Shown piece by piece: positions 41,862 through 53,298 of a DNA stretch of 64,000 nucleotides (position 1 is the stretch's first letter; each line of letters opens with the position of its first letter). Below the pieces are notes generated by a model that had not been told where the DNA came from, did not search any database, and was given only the letters and a program-made list of their open reading frames with translations. Both the position numbers and the translations under genes were made by a program. Location: assembly GCF_006345805.1 (NCBI RefSeq), contig NC_043011.1, positions 6,200,001 through 6,264,000 on the forward strand, written 5' to 3'. This stretch comes from Octopus sinensis (lineage: Eukaryota).

Positions 41862-42088
41862 TCAAATTAAAATCTAGAAAATAGAGAAGCAACGTTAATA
41901 TAATTTATTAACAGCAAACTTTCAACATGTCCACTTACAGCTGTTTCGATTTTACCCAATAAAATGTTTTAATTACTGGAATTTAATTCTTTTGGGCAAA
42001 ATCGAAACAGCGGTAAATGAGCAGGTTGAATTTTTGCAGTAGCAAATTGTATTAACGCCACTTCTCCATTTTCTGGATTTTAATTTGA
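41862..42088. repeat. Imperfect fold-back element
   Basis: TCAAATTAAAATCTAGAAAA...ACAGCTGTTTCGATTTTACCCAA pairs with TTGGGCAAAATCGAAACAGCGGT...TTTTCTGGATTTTAATTTGA. Confidence 0.75.
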
Positions 42089-43279
42089 ATATTTATGAAC
42101 CAAGATTTATATTTAAACCTATTATTTTAGGAATATTACTATTCACAACAAAATAATAAGTAAGATACCAGTAATTCATCGGATATTTTCTATCTCTTAT
42201 GGTGGATTTTTAAAACCTTTATTTAAATACATGCCAAAACGAATTTGTGTGTCAGTGTGTCACACTTTGACACTCCTCTCTCACAATTCAATGACACTTC
42301 TTCTACTCCGCTTGCTGGGGTGAGAGTAATAGTAGACATAGAGACGGTGGGGGCAGTAGTAGATTGGCTGTTGAGATAGTAATGGGGTGATAGTAATAGT
42401 ATGAGCTGTAGTTGTGATAGAGGGGGAGGCGATGATGGTGTTGGTAGTGGTGGTGGTGGTAGCTGAGGCGGTCAAGCATGACGGTGATAGTAAGGGATGT
42501 GAAAGACAGTGGTGGTGGTGGTGGTGGAGGGGAAGGCGGCGAAGTCAAAGGTGTTGATGGTGGTGGCGTCAAAAGTCTGAATGGCGTGTGTACGGCAGTT
42601 GTGGTGGCGATGATGGTGGTACTGGTGATGGTTAAGAACAATCGACAGAAGGAGAGAAAGAAAGAGGTTAGACAGACAAAAAAAAACTGTACTGAACCCC
42701 GAATGGGAAGACAAAAAATGTTGCTTATCATGAAACTTTGCAATAAATTGTTAATTGCTTGAAAAATATTGGTTAAGTTTAATACAATTTAATATGTACT
42801 CAATGCATGAAGTGTCGTTAATGGGCCCAAGGCCCCTGAAGAGCCCTCCACAGGAGCTAGCTTAATCTAGTATGTGTGTGTGTTGATATGGCTTTAAGGG
42901 AAGACGTGTCACGGACTGGAATCGAAAATTTAGCTTTAGTTTCTTTTGTCTCGGTACTGAGATGTGTAAATCAGCATGATGAGAAACTAGGAAGTGGTGC
43001 CATCCATTGTTTCTGTACAAGGGATTTAGCAATGCGAACAAAAAAAAATATAAATAAATAAACAGCCCAGACCAGCCTAGAAATCGAAACCAGAATGCCA
43101 ACATGATCACCCAACACATTGATTTCAAATTTTGGCACAAGGTCAGCAATTTCGGAGGTGGGGAGATATCACAAAGAATTTCGTTCGACTCTCAAATGAT
43201 TGTAGCAGGTTCGCCGCCTTACATGCTATTTAATGAAGTAAAATAAATTCAAGGACACTGTTGTATGTCAAAGAAGAAA

Positions 43280-44000
43280 GCGGCAGAATCGTTAGCATAC
43301 CGGACAAAATGTTCTGCTGCATTTATTCCGGCTTTACGTTCTGAGTTCAAATGCCGCCGACGTCGACTTCGCCTTTCATTCTTTCGAGGTCGATAAAATA
43401 AATGCCAGTTGGATACGGGGTCCGACGTAATCGACTAAGCCCTCTCTCCACAAAATCTCAGCGTTTGTACCTATAGCAGATGAGGATGGCAGAAACGTTA
43501 GCACGCCGGGCGAAATGCGTAGCCGCATTTCATCTGCCGCTACGTTCTGAGTTCAAATTTCGCCAACGTCGACTTTGCCTTTCATCCTTTCGGGGTCGAT
43601 AAATAAAGTACCAGTTACACAGTGGGTCGATATAATCGACTCAATCCCTTTGTCTGTCCTTGTTTGTCCCCTCTGTGTTTAGCCCCTTGTGGGTAGTAAA
43701 GAAATAAGTATTTCGTCTGCCGCTACGTTCTGAGTTCAAATTCTGCAGAGGTCGACTTTGCCTTTTATCCTTTCGGGGGTCGATAAATAAAGTACCAGTT
43801 ACGCACTGGGGTTGATATAATCGACTTAATCCCTTTGTCTGTCCTTGTTTTTTTCCCACTCTATGTTTAGCCCCTTGTGGGGAGTAAAGAAATATATTTC
43901 ATGAAACAAATTAATACATTCTGAGTTTAAATTCCACCGAATACAACTACTGATTTTTATTCTTCCGGGTCGATAAAAATGAAGTACCAGTCAAGTACTT
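43280..44000 (+). mobile_element. Head-to-tail cluster of family B SINE copies upstream of QARS1
   Basis: Degenerate copy at about 43280-43460, near-full copy 43490-43710, 3'-part duplicate 43710-43895, remnant to about 44000. Confidence 0.75.
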
Positions 44001-44064
44001 GTCTCATATGTTCACCTGTACACCACTCCTAGGTTTCTGGCCTTGTACCTATGTCAGAAACGAT

Positions 44065-44181
44065 TCGTCTTCTCACAATTTGGCGGCGAAGGTGGAGCTA
44101 CCACGTGTTATTACATCAGCTTTAAGCAAGTTCCGGTTTAACTACTTCCTGTCTGTCCTCCTTCACCAGCTTGACTCCGAC
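44065..44181 (+). promoter_or_regulatory. Probable QARS1 core promoter and 5'UTR
   Basis: Unique, CpG-containing sequence with CACGTG, TTCCGG and ACTTCCTG (ETS-like) motifs and a pyrimidine-rich stretch just before the ATG. Confidence 0.4.
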
Positions 44182-44532
44182 ATGGCTTCGACCGAGTTGC
44201 TTTCTCTCTTCACCAGCATCGGACTTAGCGAACAGAAAGCGAAGGAAACTTGTAAAAATGCTGCTCTATCCAATACGCTCCGACAGTGCATAGAAAACGT
44301 ACAGAAATTATCTGGAAATTCCTCAATAGACAAAGATGTTGGCAAGCTGCTGTACAATTTGTCGACCAAATTGAAATCCCAAATTTACGACAAGATCCCT
44401 TTGTTAGTGGAATACATCGGTAAAAACAAGATCACTTCGGACCTCCAGCTTGATTCGGCTTTGTCCTATCTTCTTTCTAACCCTACAGATCCTGTAGACA
44501 TCAAAATGTTTGAAGAATCGTGTGGAGTTGGT
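44182..44532 (+). CDS. QARS1: Glutaminyl-tRNA synthetase, coding exon 1 (117 aa; eukaryote-specific N-terminal domain)
   Basis: MASTELLSLFTSIGLSEQKAKET...FEESCGVG matches the eukaryotic GlnRS N-terminus; donor GGT|GTAAGT, phase 0. Confidence 0.93.
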
Positions 44533-44860
44533 GTAAGTAAGATACCTTTCTCTTTCGATACCGGTTAGGGTCGGTTCCTATTTTACTAACAACAACACGT
44601 TGAAGTACTTCACCAAAAGTGTCCATCTCGGTCGAGATGGTCGCGATTGGCCTTTGTTTACATGCTATTACGAGAACAAATACTTCCGAAAAAAATCTGT
44701 ATTTCAGTAACCCGCAATTATAAGAGATAACACAAAGGTGTTCCAGATGTGACCATCCAGTCACATATCGATCTGTTTATAATTTTTACAAGTAGATCTT
44801 GTATAACAATGTTACTCGTTATTTTGCTATAGAAGTAACGGAATCGAAGTAAATTTCCAT

Positions 44861-45683
44861 CGGCGTTACAAAAACCCTAACTCTAGCCCTAATCCTAACC
44901 CCTACCACCGGGTGTGCGTATTCTTTACCTTCGATATACGCACATACGTAGGCGCCCCTTTGTTATTTTCTATTATAGGGGTCATTGAAACACTAACAGA
45001 TTACATACACTAACTACGTAGCAGCATATCAACAGAATCTACGTATATTTTAAATTACTTTCAATTTTTTGTATTTCGACTTGTTACTAAAATAGGAAAC
45101 CGATGTTTAAGTATGTATATGAGCTGTTAGCATTTAGCCCCAGGATAGGGTTGACTGAGCATCCCTATGATCTCACCGTCGATCCAAACATGACCATCTC
45201 GCGGGGGCGTACTGAGAGTATTAAGGACCCTCGGGCATAACTGTTTACCAGGCACCTTTGTGTGTTTTTTAGTAGATTTTACATATTGAGTGTGGGGCCC
45301 CTCAGAGCTCCGGGCCCTCGGGCAGTGCCCGATTGACCGACGGTTCAGTCCGCCTCTGCCTTCGAGTATCGCTGTGTGCCCCCCTCCCCACACATAAATA
45401 CATGAAGTGAGGGACTTAAAGTGTGGGATTATTTCATTTCGCCATCCTCACTGGAGTTTTGGCATTTAGTCTTCCTCTTGGGGCAATGATGTAAGTACAA
45501 GTTATTTAGCCCTAGGTCATATCTGATCCAGCAGACGTGATCAAAAGTATCCCAGTACCCTTTGGAATCTACTTAAACTTTTTCTTATTCAAGACTTTTA
45601 AACCCGTTTTCGGCGTTACAAAAACCCTAACTCTAGCCCTAATCCTAACCCTAACCACCGGGTGTGCGTATTCTTTACCTTCG
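44861..45683. repeat. Pair of 73-bp direct repeats (44861-44933 and 45611-45683) containing degenerate CCCTAA units
   Basis: CGGCGTTACAAAAACCCTAACTCTAGCCCTAATCCTAACC..TTCTTTACCTTCG occurs twice, offset 750. Confidence 0.85.
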
Positions 45684-45819
45684 CCTTAAATCATAGGCTG
45701 ATATTGCTTGTATCACTTGCAGGTTGAAACAAGTACCAGTGATATACTGAGACGAAATCGATTAGTTGTACTTTCTCCATTGCTAAAAGCAAAGTCGTTT
45801 TCCTTATCCCACAGAGTAA

Positions 45820-46205
45820 TCTTTATATATAAAAGTGATGTTGTGTGCTGTCTGTCTCCTACGATTTAGATTCCTAACTACTCCCACATTTTGCGGTGCA
45901 GTTTAACCAAAAGCGGGTATCTTATAGTCGTGATTCATATCGAGCCCTTCTGGGTATTAGCGCGCGTCTACGATTTAAAAAAAAAATTACCATCAATTTT
46001 TCACATTTTTAATGCATTTTTGGCATATATAAGGGAAGTAACTCCCTAAAAATTTATTATTAAATCTCAGAACGTAAAAAGCTACAGTAACACCCCCCCC
46101 TTTGTGGTTAGCTATATTGAGATGGCTATTATACTTTACATCTCTAAAAATGCTTATATAGTTATTTCCCTTACAAACCCGAGCAACGCCGGGCGATACT
46201 GCTAG
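45820..46205 (+). mobile_element. Non-autonomous Helitron
   Basis: A|TCTTTATATATA ... CCCGAGCAACGCCGGG hairpin ... CTGCTAG|T. Confidence 0.85.
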
Positions 46206-48799
46206 TTATAAAATAAAGCAAATCCTGTTAGTGTATCCCTGATTGTTACTCGTCTAATGATTGGTAACTTTGAAACTATACTTCTGTCATCATGGGTAAT
46301 ATCAGCAAATACGTGCAATAATTATAATTTAAGTTTTATTAAATTTCTTGGTGCTTATTCAAAATGATAAAATAAACTCTAATGTTCAGAAGAATATTCA
46401 CTTAGGATATAATTAAATGAGACCAATTTCTCAATTTGTGTAACTCCCTCCATAACTTCTGTCATTTACTCCCTTACTCCTCCTCTGTTTATGGTTATTT
46501 CTCTCTCACTATGTGTGTAGTGTTGCTTACTCATTGCCTGCCATCAAGCTCAGCATGTGCATTCATCTTGCCCCCTCTTATGTCAAGTGTTTCTGTTACA
46601 CTCTTTCACTTTCTTTTCCTCTTTCTATGCAATATAAAACATAACTGGAAATATCAACCTGCAATTTATTTTGGTTTTATTGCTTAGCAATACACATAGT
46701 TCAGTGCAGGTGTGTGGTATGAAGTTCACTTCCCAACTACATGATTCCAAGTTCAGTCCCACTGTGTGGCACCTCGGGCAAGTGGCTTCTACTATAGCCT
46801 CAGGTTGACCAAAACCTTGTGAGTGGATTTGGTAGACAGAGACTGAAAGGAGTCCATCATATATATGTGTCATCATCATTTAACGTCTGTGTTCCATGAG
46901 GGCATGGGTGGGACTGTACCACAAGAGCCGGCCAGACTGAAGCCTGCACTGGACTTGTGACTGTTTTGGCAGGATTTTTACAGCTGGATGCTCTTCCTAA
47001 CACCAACCAATCAGCAGTGTGTGTGTGTGTATATATATATGTATATAATAATAATAATAAAGGGTAAAATTAATTAATATTATAAGCATAATTATAATTA
47101 GGATTCAGCAAAAATGGCTTCACCACATACTGAAATTTAGAAATAGCAGTTAAATACTATTCCACTACCATAAAATATCTCCCAGGCAGTAATATTCTCA
47201 ATTTGTGCAGGTAAAGAGAAAAAAATAACGAATCCACCTGGCTTTGATTAACTATATACGTGTTTCTGGGTTAAAAAGGTGTAAAATCATATTTCTACTC
47301 ACTTACTCCCGTCTTCAGTATAGTATTTCGATTTTAAATTCGAGAGCACTGACAATTGATATACGTATCTGATCAAGCGCCATCTACTTGACATAAGTTT
47401 CATAAACTACAAAATACCACACTACCACACCTGAAACGTACCTGTTATGACTCTTTTATCTTGATTTGAAGGTATGTGAAGGTATTTAGAATGCCCAAAC
47501 TCATTTCTGAAAATCTGCTAAGCACTGATGCTGATCATAGTTTAATCAATAAGCGTACGAGCAAAGTAAATGCAGTAAAAGTAGGAGTGGGGGTCTGTGG
47601 GCCCTATTTAAGTGGCCCTTCAGAAATTGAACCTCCCTGGGAGTTCATGGTATGAAATTCATTATCATTGCTCTGATTTGGTCGCCAATGCTATGTATTT
47701 AGTTTAAAATGCTGTAAAAATAGGGGTGGGGGGTCAGTGGAGCCCCAATTAGACAGCCCTTAAAAAAATAGACCCCCTTAGGACATTCCCTGGGATTAGG
47801 GGAGTTGTTCGTTTGAGTTTCATTGTCCTTGCGTCAACGGTCTAGGAGGAGTTAACGAACATAAAAATGTAACGGACAGAAAAACATCACTCAAATTTAT
47901 AATAGGATTGATGTAAGTATATTTATGTGTCTGTCTTTGTTCACCCACCATCACCAATCAATGTTGGTGTGTTTATGTCCCTGTAACTTAGCAGTTCAGC
48001 AAACAAGACTGGTAGAATAAGTACAAGGCTTACAAAGAATATGTCCTGGGGGTTGATTCATTTGACTAAAACCTTCTAAAGCTGTGCTCCAGCATGGCTG
48101 CAGTCAAATGACTGAAACATGTAAAAGAAAGAATAAAAAGATTTATAAAGTCCTGGGGTTGATTCCTTCAGCTAAAAATTCTTCAAGGCAATGCCCCAGC
48201 ATGGCCACAGTCTAGTGACTGAAACAAACAAAAGATGCAAGATAGACCATTTGTTCTCTCAAGTAGGCATGAATACCACATCATAAAAACAGTTGTAACT
48301 TTACATCCCTGTAAGGAATGCCTGTAAAGAAATGATGTCTTTGAGTGTATGATTATTGTTGGTGTTTCAACTCCAGTCCACCACGGGTATTCAATTTATA
48401 GACGGGACTATATTATTGAATCTTTCCTTCTCTAAGATTTTAGGATATGGTTTGAGGGAAAATAGGCTGCTGTTTCTAGCAGGTTGAACCACCATGCATA
48501 AGGACCACTGTAGAGTGTATTAACCCCTAGGTTAAATTTTAGAATATTTGTCTCAACTCTAAAATGATATTTCTAACCTGTGTAGGTAAGATATAAGTCT
48601 AAGAAAGTATTATTGAGGTTATAGGTGCAGGCACGGCTACATGTTTAACAAGTTCTCTTTGTAGCTACATGGTTTAAGGGTTCAGTGTCACTGCATGGTA
48701 CACTCAGAGTGCATGGCGCTGAGATCTACACCCTCCCATGGTTTCATCTCACTTAGCTGTGCCTTTTTATTTTTTATGCCATGTTTCCAGTCAAGATCA

Positions 48800-49330
48800 T
48801 CATCATCATCATCGTTTAACGTCCGCTTTCCATGCAAGCATGGGTTGGACGGTTTGACTGAGGGCTGGCGAACCAGATGGCTGCACCAGGCTCCAGTCTT
48901 GATCTGGCAGAGTTTCTACAGCTGGATGCCCTTCCTAACGCCAACCACTCCGAGAATGTAGCGGGTGCTTTTACGTGCCACCAGTACCGGGGCCTGTCAG
49001 GCGGTACTGCTAACGACCTCGCTCAAATCTTTGTACACATGCCACCGGCACAGGTGCCAGTAAGGCAATGCTGGTAACGATCCCGCTTGAATGATGCCTT
49101 TTACATGCCACCGGCACAGAAGCCAGTTAGCCGCTCTGGCAACGATCACGCTCGGATGGTGCTTTTAGCACCCTACTAGCGCGGGGCACAAGTGCCAGTA
49201 AGGCGACACTAGTAACGATCACACTCGAATGATGCCTTTTATGTGCCACTGGCACGGAAGCCGGTTAGCCGCTCTGTCAACGATCACGCTCATATGGTGC
49301 TCTTTGCACCCCACTAGCACGGGTGCCCGT
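48800..49330 (-). mobile_element. RTE 3'UTR fragment with several internal tandem subrepeats
   Basis: (CAT)n tail then the conserved 3'UTR, with repeated GGTGCTTTTA..GTGCCAC units; a similar element lies at about 55840-56270. Confidence 0.75.
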
Positions 49331-49908
49331 CATCAAGATGTTGCTACTATTTCTAGCTGGCCTAGCAACCACATAGAATGACCCTTGGTTTGTGGTATTA
49401 ATTCCAGTATGGACAGGTAGTTAAAATATGATAATGATTCAGTTAAACAAGAAGTAGATCAAATTATACTAAAGTGAGTATAAACTATTCATGAAACAGG
49501 TTACAGGAGTGTAACAGCTTAATGAAGGAAAGGCAGGAGAAATTCATTACTGTTCTCTTATTTTCAACAGCCTCAAGGGATCTTCTCTTGCAGCATGAAG
49601 TGCACCTTCATGTCCCTGAGATGGGGTTGACAATGTTTCTCACAGAATATACAGTGCACTTTTTTCTCCACAAAAAAAATCTCCTGAAAATCACCTCAGA
49701 TCCTGTATTTGAGGTTGGGCCTCCCATAAGCTAACTTTGTCCCAGTTAATGCTCTAGACTGATCTTAATCCAGATGGTATCTTCTATCTAACCTGACTCC
49801 ATAATCATAGCATTTACTAGTTGTAATGTTTTCCTGCTCTAGCTATGGTACTTTTGTAATGTACAACTCAACTGCTTTAACTCTTCAGCATTTAAACTGG
49901 CCAAAACA

Positions 49909-51173
49909 TTGGATCATCCCATAAATAATGTGGGGTTTTTTATACTTTCAAAGTTAAGATAGACAAATTTCTTTTTTAATCTAAAATATACTCTCCTTCA
50001 TTTTCTACAATGCTCTTTCATCTATCTGGTAGACTTGCAAGGCCTCTCTTCAAAAATTCTCTTGTCTGTGACAAAAAATACTCCTCCAGTACTGTTCTGA
50101 CCTCATCTGCAGAATTCATATTTTTTCTATCCAAATGATTTTGAAGACTGTGGAATAAATGATAATCAGATGGGGCAATGTCTAGCAAATATGCTGGGTG
50201 GGGCACTGTTTCCCATTCAAACTGCTCCAGCTTTTGAAATATCATCCTTGCTGTATGTGGCTGAGCATTACCCTGATGGGAGAACACCTTTCATCTTGAA
50301 ACCAAAGATGGTCATTTTACTACTAGCACTGACTTCAGCTGATCAAGCTGCTTGCAGTAAGGTCTCCTTTTTTATCATTTGGCTTGGGTTTAAAAGTTCA
50401 AAGTGGACTAAACCTTTCATATCCTACCAAACAGACAACAACACTTTACGTGGGTGAAGATGTTTAGACTGGGGTGCCAGTGTCTCTCCTTTCTCTATCC
50501 ATTGTCTTCAGCACTTGACATCTTTATAGAGAACCCATTTCTCGTCACCAGTCACTATTCGGTCAAAGGAAAAAAGGGTTCATTCATGAGACGTGACAGT
50601 AACGAAGGGCACACATTCACTCTCTGCACCTGATTAGACTTGGAAAGTTTGTAAAGAAACCATTGACACAATTTGCTGACTTTTCCAACGGCATGCAGAT
50701 GTAAATGAATGGTTGAATGACCAAATCCAAGCTTCTCTACTAGCTCCTCAACAGTTACGATGAGATTTTGTTCCACCAGGATTTGCAGGACGTCTTCATC
50801 AAGCTCTACAGATCTTCCAGGATGAGGCTTGTCTTCTAGACTATAATTTCTGGAACCACTGCTGACACTGGCTTACGCTTATTGTCCGATCCCCATATTC
50901 TGCATTAATATTCCTTGCACTCTCCATTGCATTCTTGCCTTTATTGAACTCATAAAGCAAAATATGCCAAATATTCTCCTTTCTCACTTCCATTATAGCT
51001 TTGAAAAAATAGCTGTTGAAATTGAACTGCACTCTTCAAAACTTGAACTAAGAATAAGGAGAAGATAAAATTACTACCTGCTTTTATAGCAAGTCGATGC
51101 AGGTAGTTAACCCCTTCCCCTTCCAACTTTTAGTTCATGCAATTGAAAACACATTATTTATGGGATGATCCAA
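49909..51173 (-). mobile_element. Full-length decayed mariner transposon (1265 bp)
   Basis: 23-bp TIR TTGGATCATCCCATAAATAATGT at both ends, TA on the right. Fragments HILLYEFNKG (HTH), STIHLHLHAVGKVSKL..W, GNAQPH and DIAPSDYHLF are mariner transposase motifs, broken by frameshifts and stops. Confidence 0.92.
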
Positions 51174-53298
51174 TATTTTACCTGTTTTATGTTCAAACCA
51201 GCCAGACCAGGTTTCTTACCCTACGATATTATTCTAAAAATAAATCATGTTATTGAAATCTTAAAGCTATAAAGTAATGCACAATTATTTCACGTCATTG
51301 TGAAAAAAATAAGCATTAAATTTGACAAAGAAACCTGGGTGCTAAACATTTTCCCTGCGTATACACTACTGCAATTTGGGGGGTGTCTAATGTGCCATGA
51401 CATAGAATAATTATATTTGATTTGGCATTACATCTAGGCCACTAGGACAAAGAATTGGCAAAACTGTTGGACAAAATGCTTTGTGCTCTTTCTTCTGACC
51501 CCGTATGTTCTGTGTTCGAATCACTCCATGGTCAGCTTTGCCTTTTATCCTTTTGGAGTCATTAAAATGAAACACCAGTGGGGCCAGTTTAATCAACCAA
51601 TTCCTTGTGCCAATATTATGAACAATTATGAGAATGGTGATCTGGCAGGATTATTGGACAAAATTCTTTCTGTTATTTTTCAGGCCTAAGTTCAAATCTC
51701 ACCTCGGCCAACTTTGCTTTTTATTCCTCTGAGGCCGAGTCAAGTTCTAGGAATAACAGTTTCATCTAATGCCTTCCTCTTAATTTCAGATCTTGCACTT
51801 CTGTTAGAATAATCATTCCTATTATTATTCCTCCCCAAGCTGGCTGACACATTAGCATGTTGGGCAAAATGCTTACTGGCCTTTCCTTCCGGTTGTTTAC
51901 ATTCTGAGTTCAAATTCTGTAAAGTTCGATATTGTTTTTCATCCTTTTAGTGGTTGATAAAATAAGTACTGGGGTCTTTGTAATCAACTCCTCACCCCTC
52001 TGTCTCAAAATTTGAAACCTTTTTTTCTTTCTCTCCACAAAGAAATCATGTCTATCTTGTTACAACTCCAAGAGTTTCTGACCGAGATGTCAAATTCTGT
52101 AACAGACCAACATTGAATACCTAACATTGTGTGTGGGTGGTGGTGTTTAATCTATGCAGGTTTTGTAGTTCAGTGGTTGTTAGTGACTGAAATATGTAAT
52201 CAGAGCAGGTTATTTCATCAGGCATTTTTACATTTGAATTTGTGTTATCTGGTCATGTGTTGGAGATAATATTTATGATAGTCTATCAACTTTGTCATAA
52301 CAACTTTAGCTTCTCAAAACTGGAACTAAGCATTCACTAATAAGTGCAGGTGTGTGCCTGTGTGGTTAACAAGTTCACTTTGCAACCTCATGGCTTTCGG
52401 TTTGATCCCACTGCAAGGCAAGTGCTTTTTTGGGATCTTTTCACTTTGACCGGCAGGTTTTTAAAATAATTTCTTTGCAACTAAACACTTTTAAACTTCG
52501 TATACTGGTAGAATGTGTTTATAAAATATATTTTTCTCTTGGCTTTATAGAGAAAATTCTGTAGTTTGTAAGCTATTTGTTGTTTAATTTCTTGTATTTC
52601 GGCAATTTCAACCAATCAATGACGTCTATTGAGGTGAATTCAATTTCTGCCATAGTGTGTCAACATAGACGCTTGGCAGTGGTTTGTCCATCTTGACATT
52701 CTGAGTTCAAATTCTAATGAGGTCAACTTTGTCTTTCATCGTTTCAGAGTTGAGAAAATTAGTACCAGTTGGGTACTGGAGGTAATGTAATTGACTTATC
52801 CCCTCTCCTGAAATTGCTGGTCTTGAGCTAAAACTAGGTTAGAAATCATCATCATCATTCTCATTTACCATCCACTTTTCCATGCTTGCATGCTTTGAAC
52901 AGAATCTGTTGAGGTGGATCTTAGCAAATCCACTCACAAGGCTTTGCTTAGCCACACCTTAAACTGTTCACTGTTTCAATATTGTTTTTTTCAGGACCGA
53001 GTTCCCTATAAGGTAGGGATTTCTATTTCGTCCATAAATAATCCAGAGGTAATCACTGATATACCATCCCATCTTCCTACCTTAATCCGTCCCTCCTTAT
53101 GACTCACCTCAAGTACAGGGGTTAAGGTTGGAACATTTAAAATATATTCTGCAATCCCAGCTAACAGTCTTTAGTTTTACTTTCTAATTCTTTTTTCTTT
53201 TCTTTTAATCCTTAAAAACATTTTCCTTTATTAGATTTTGATTTTCTTTCATGCCTGGAAACATTAAATCTCATCTCCTTTTTGTAATTCTCTTGCAG

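Noticed and set aside
42303-42762. Gly/Val-rich or His/Pro/Thr-rich ORFs
   Set aside because: Degenerate (GGT)/(GAT) trinucleotide tract with no splice or homology support.
43999-44181. N-terminal extension of the QARS1 ORF
   Set aside because: It starts at a non-ATG codon inside a SINE remnant; homology begins at ATG 44182.
53251-53298. ATG 53251 as the start of a 687-aa single-exon gene
   Set aside because: These codons are the intron polypyrimidine tract; the acceptor at 53298 joins in frame to exon 1.
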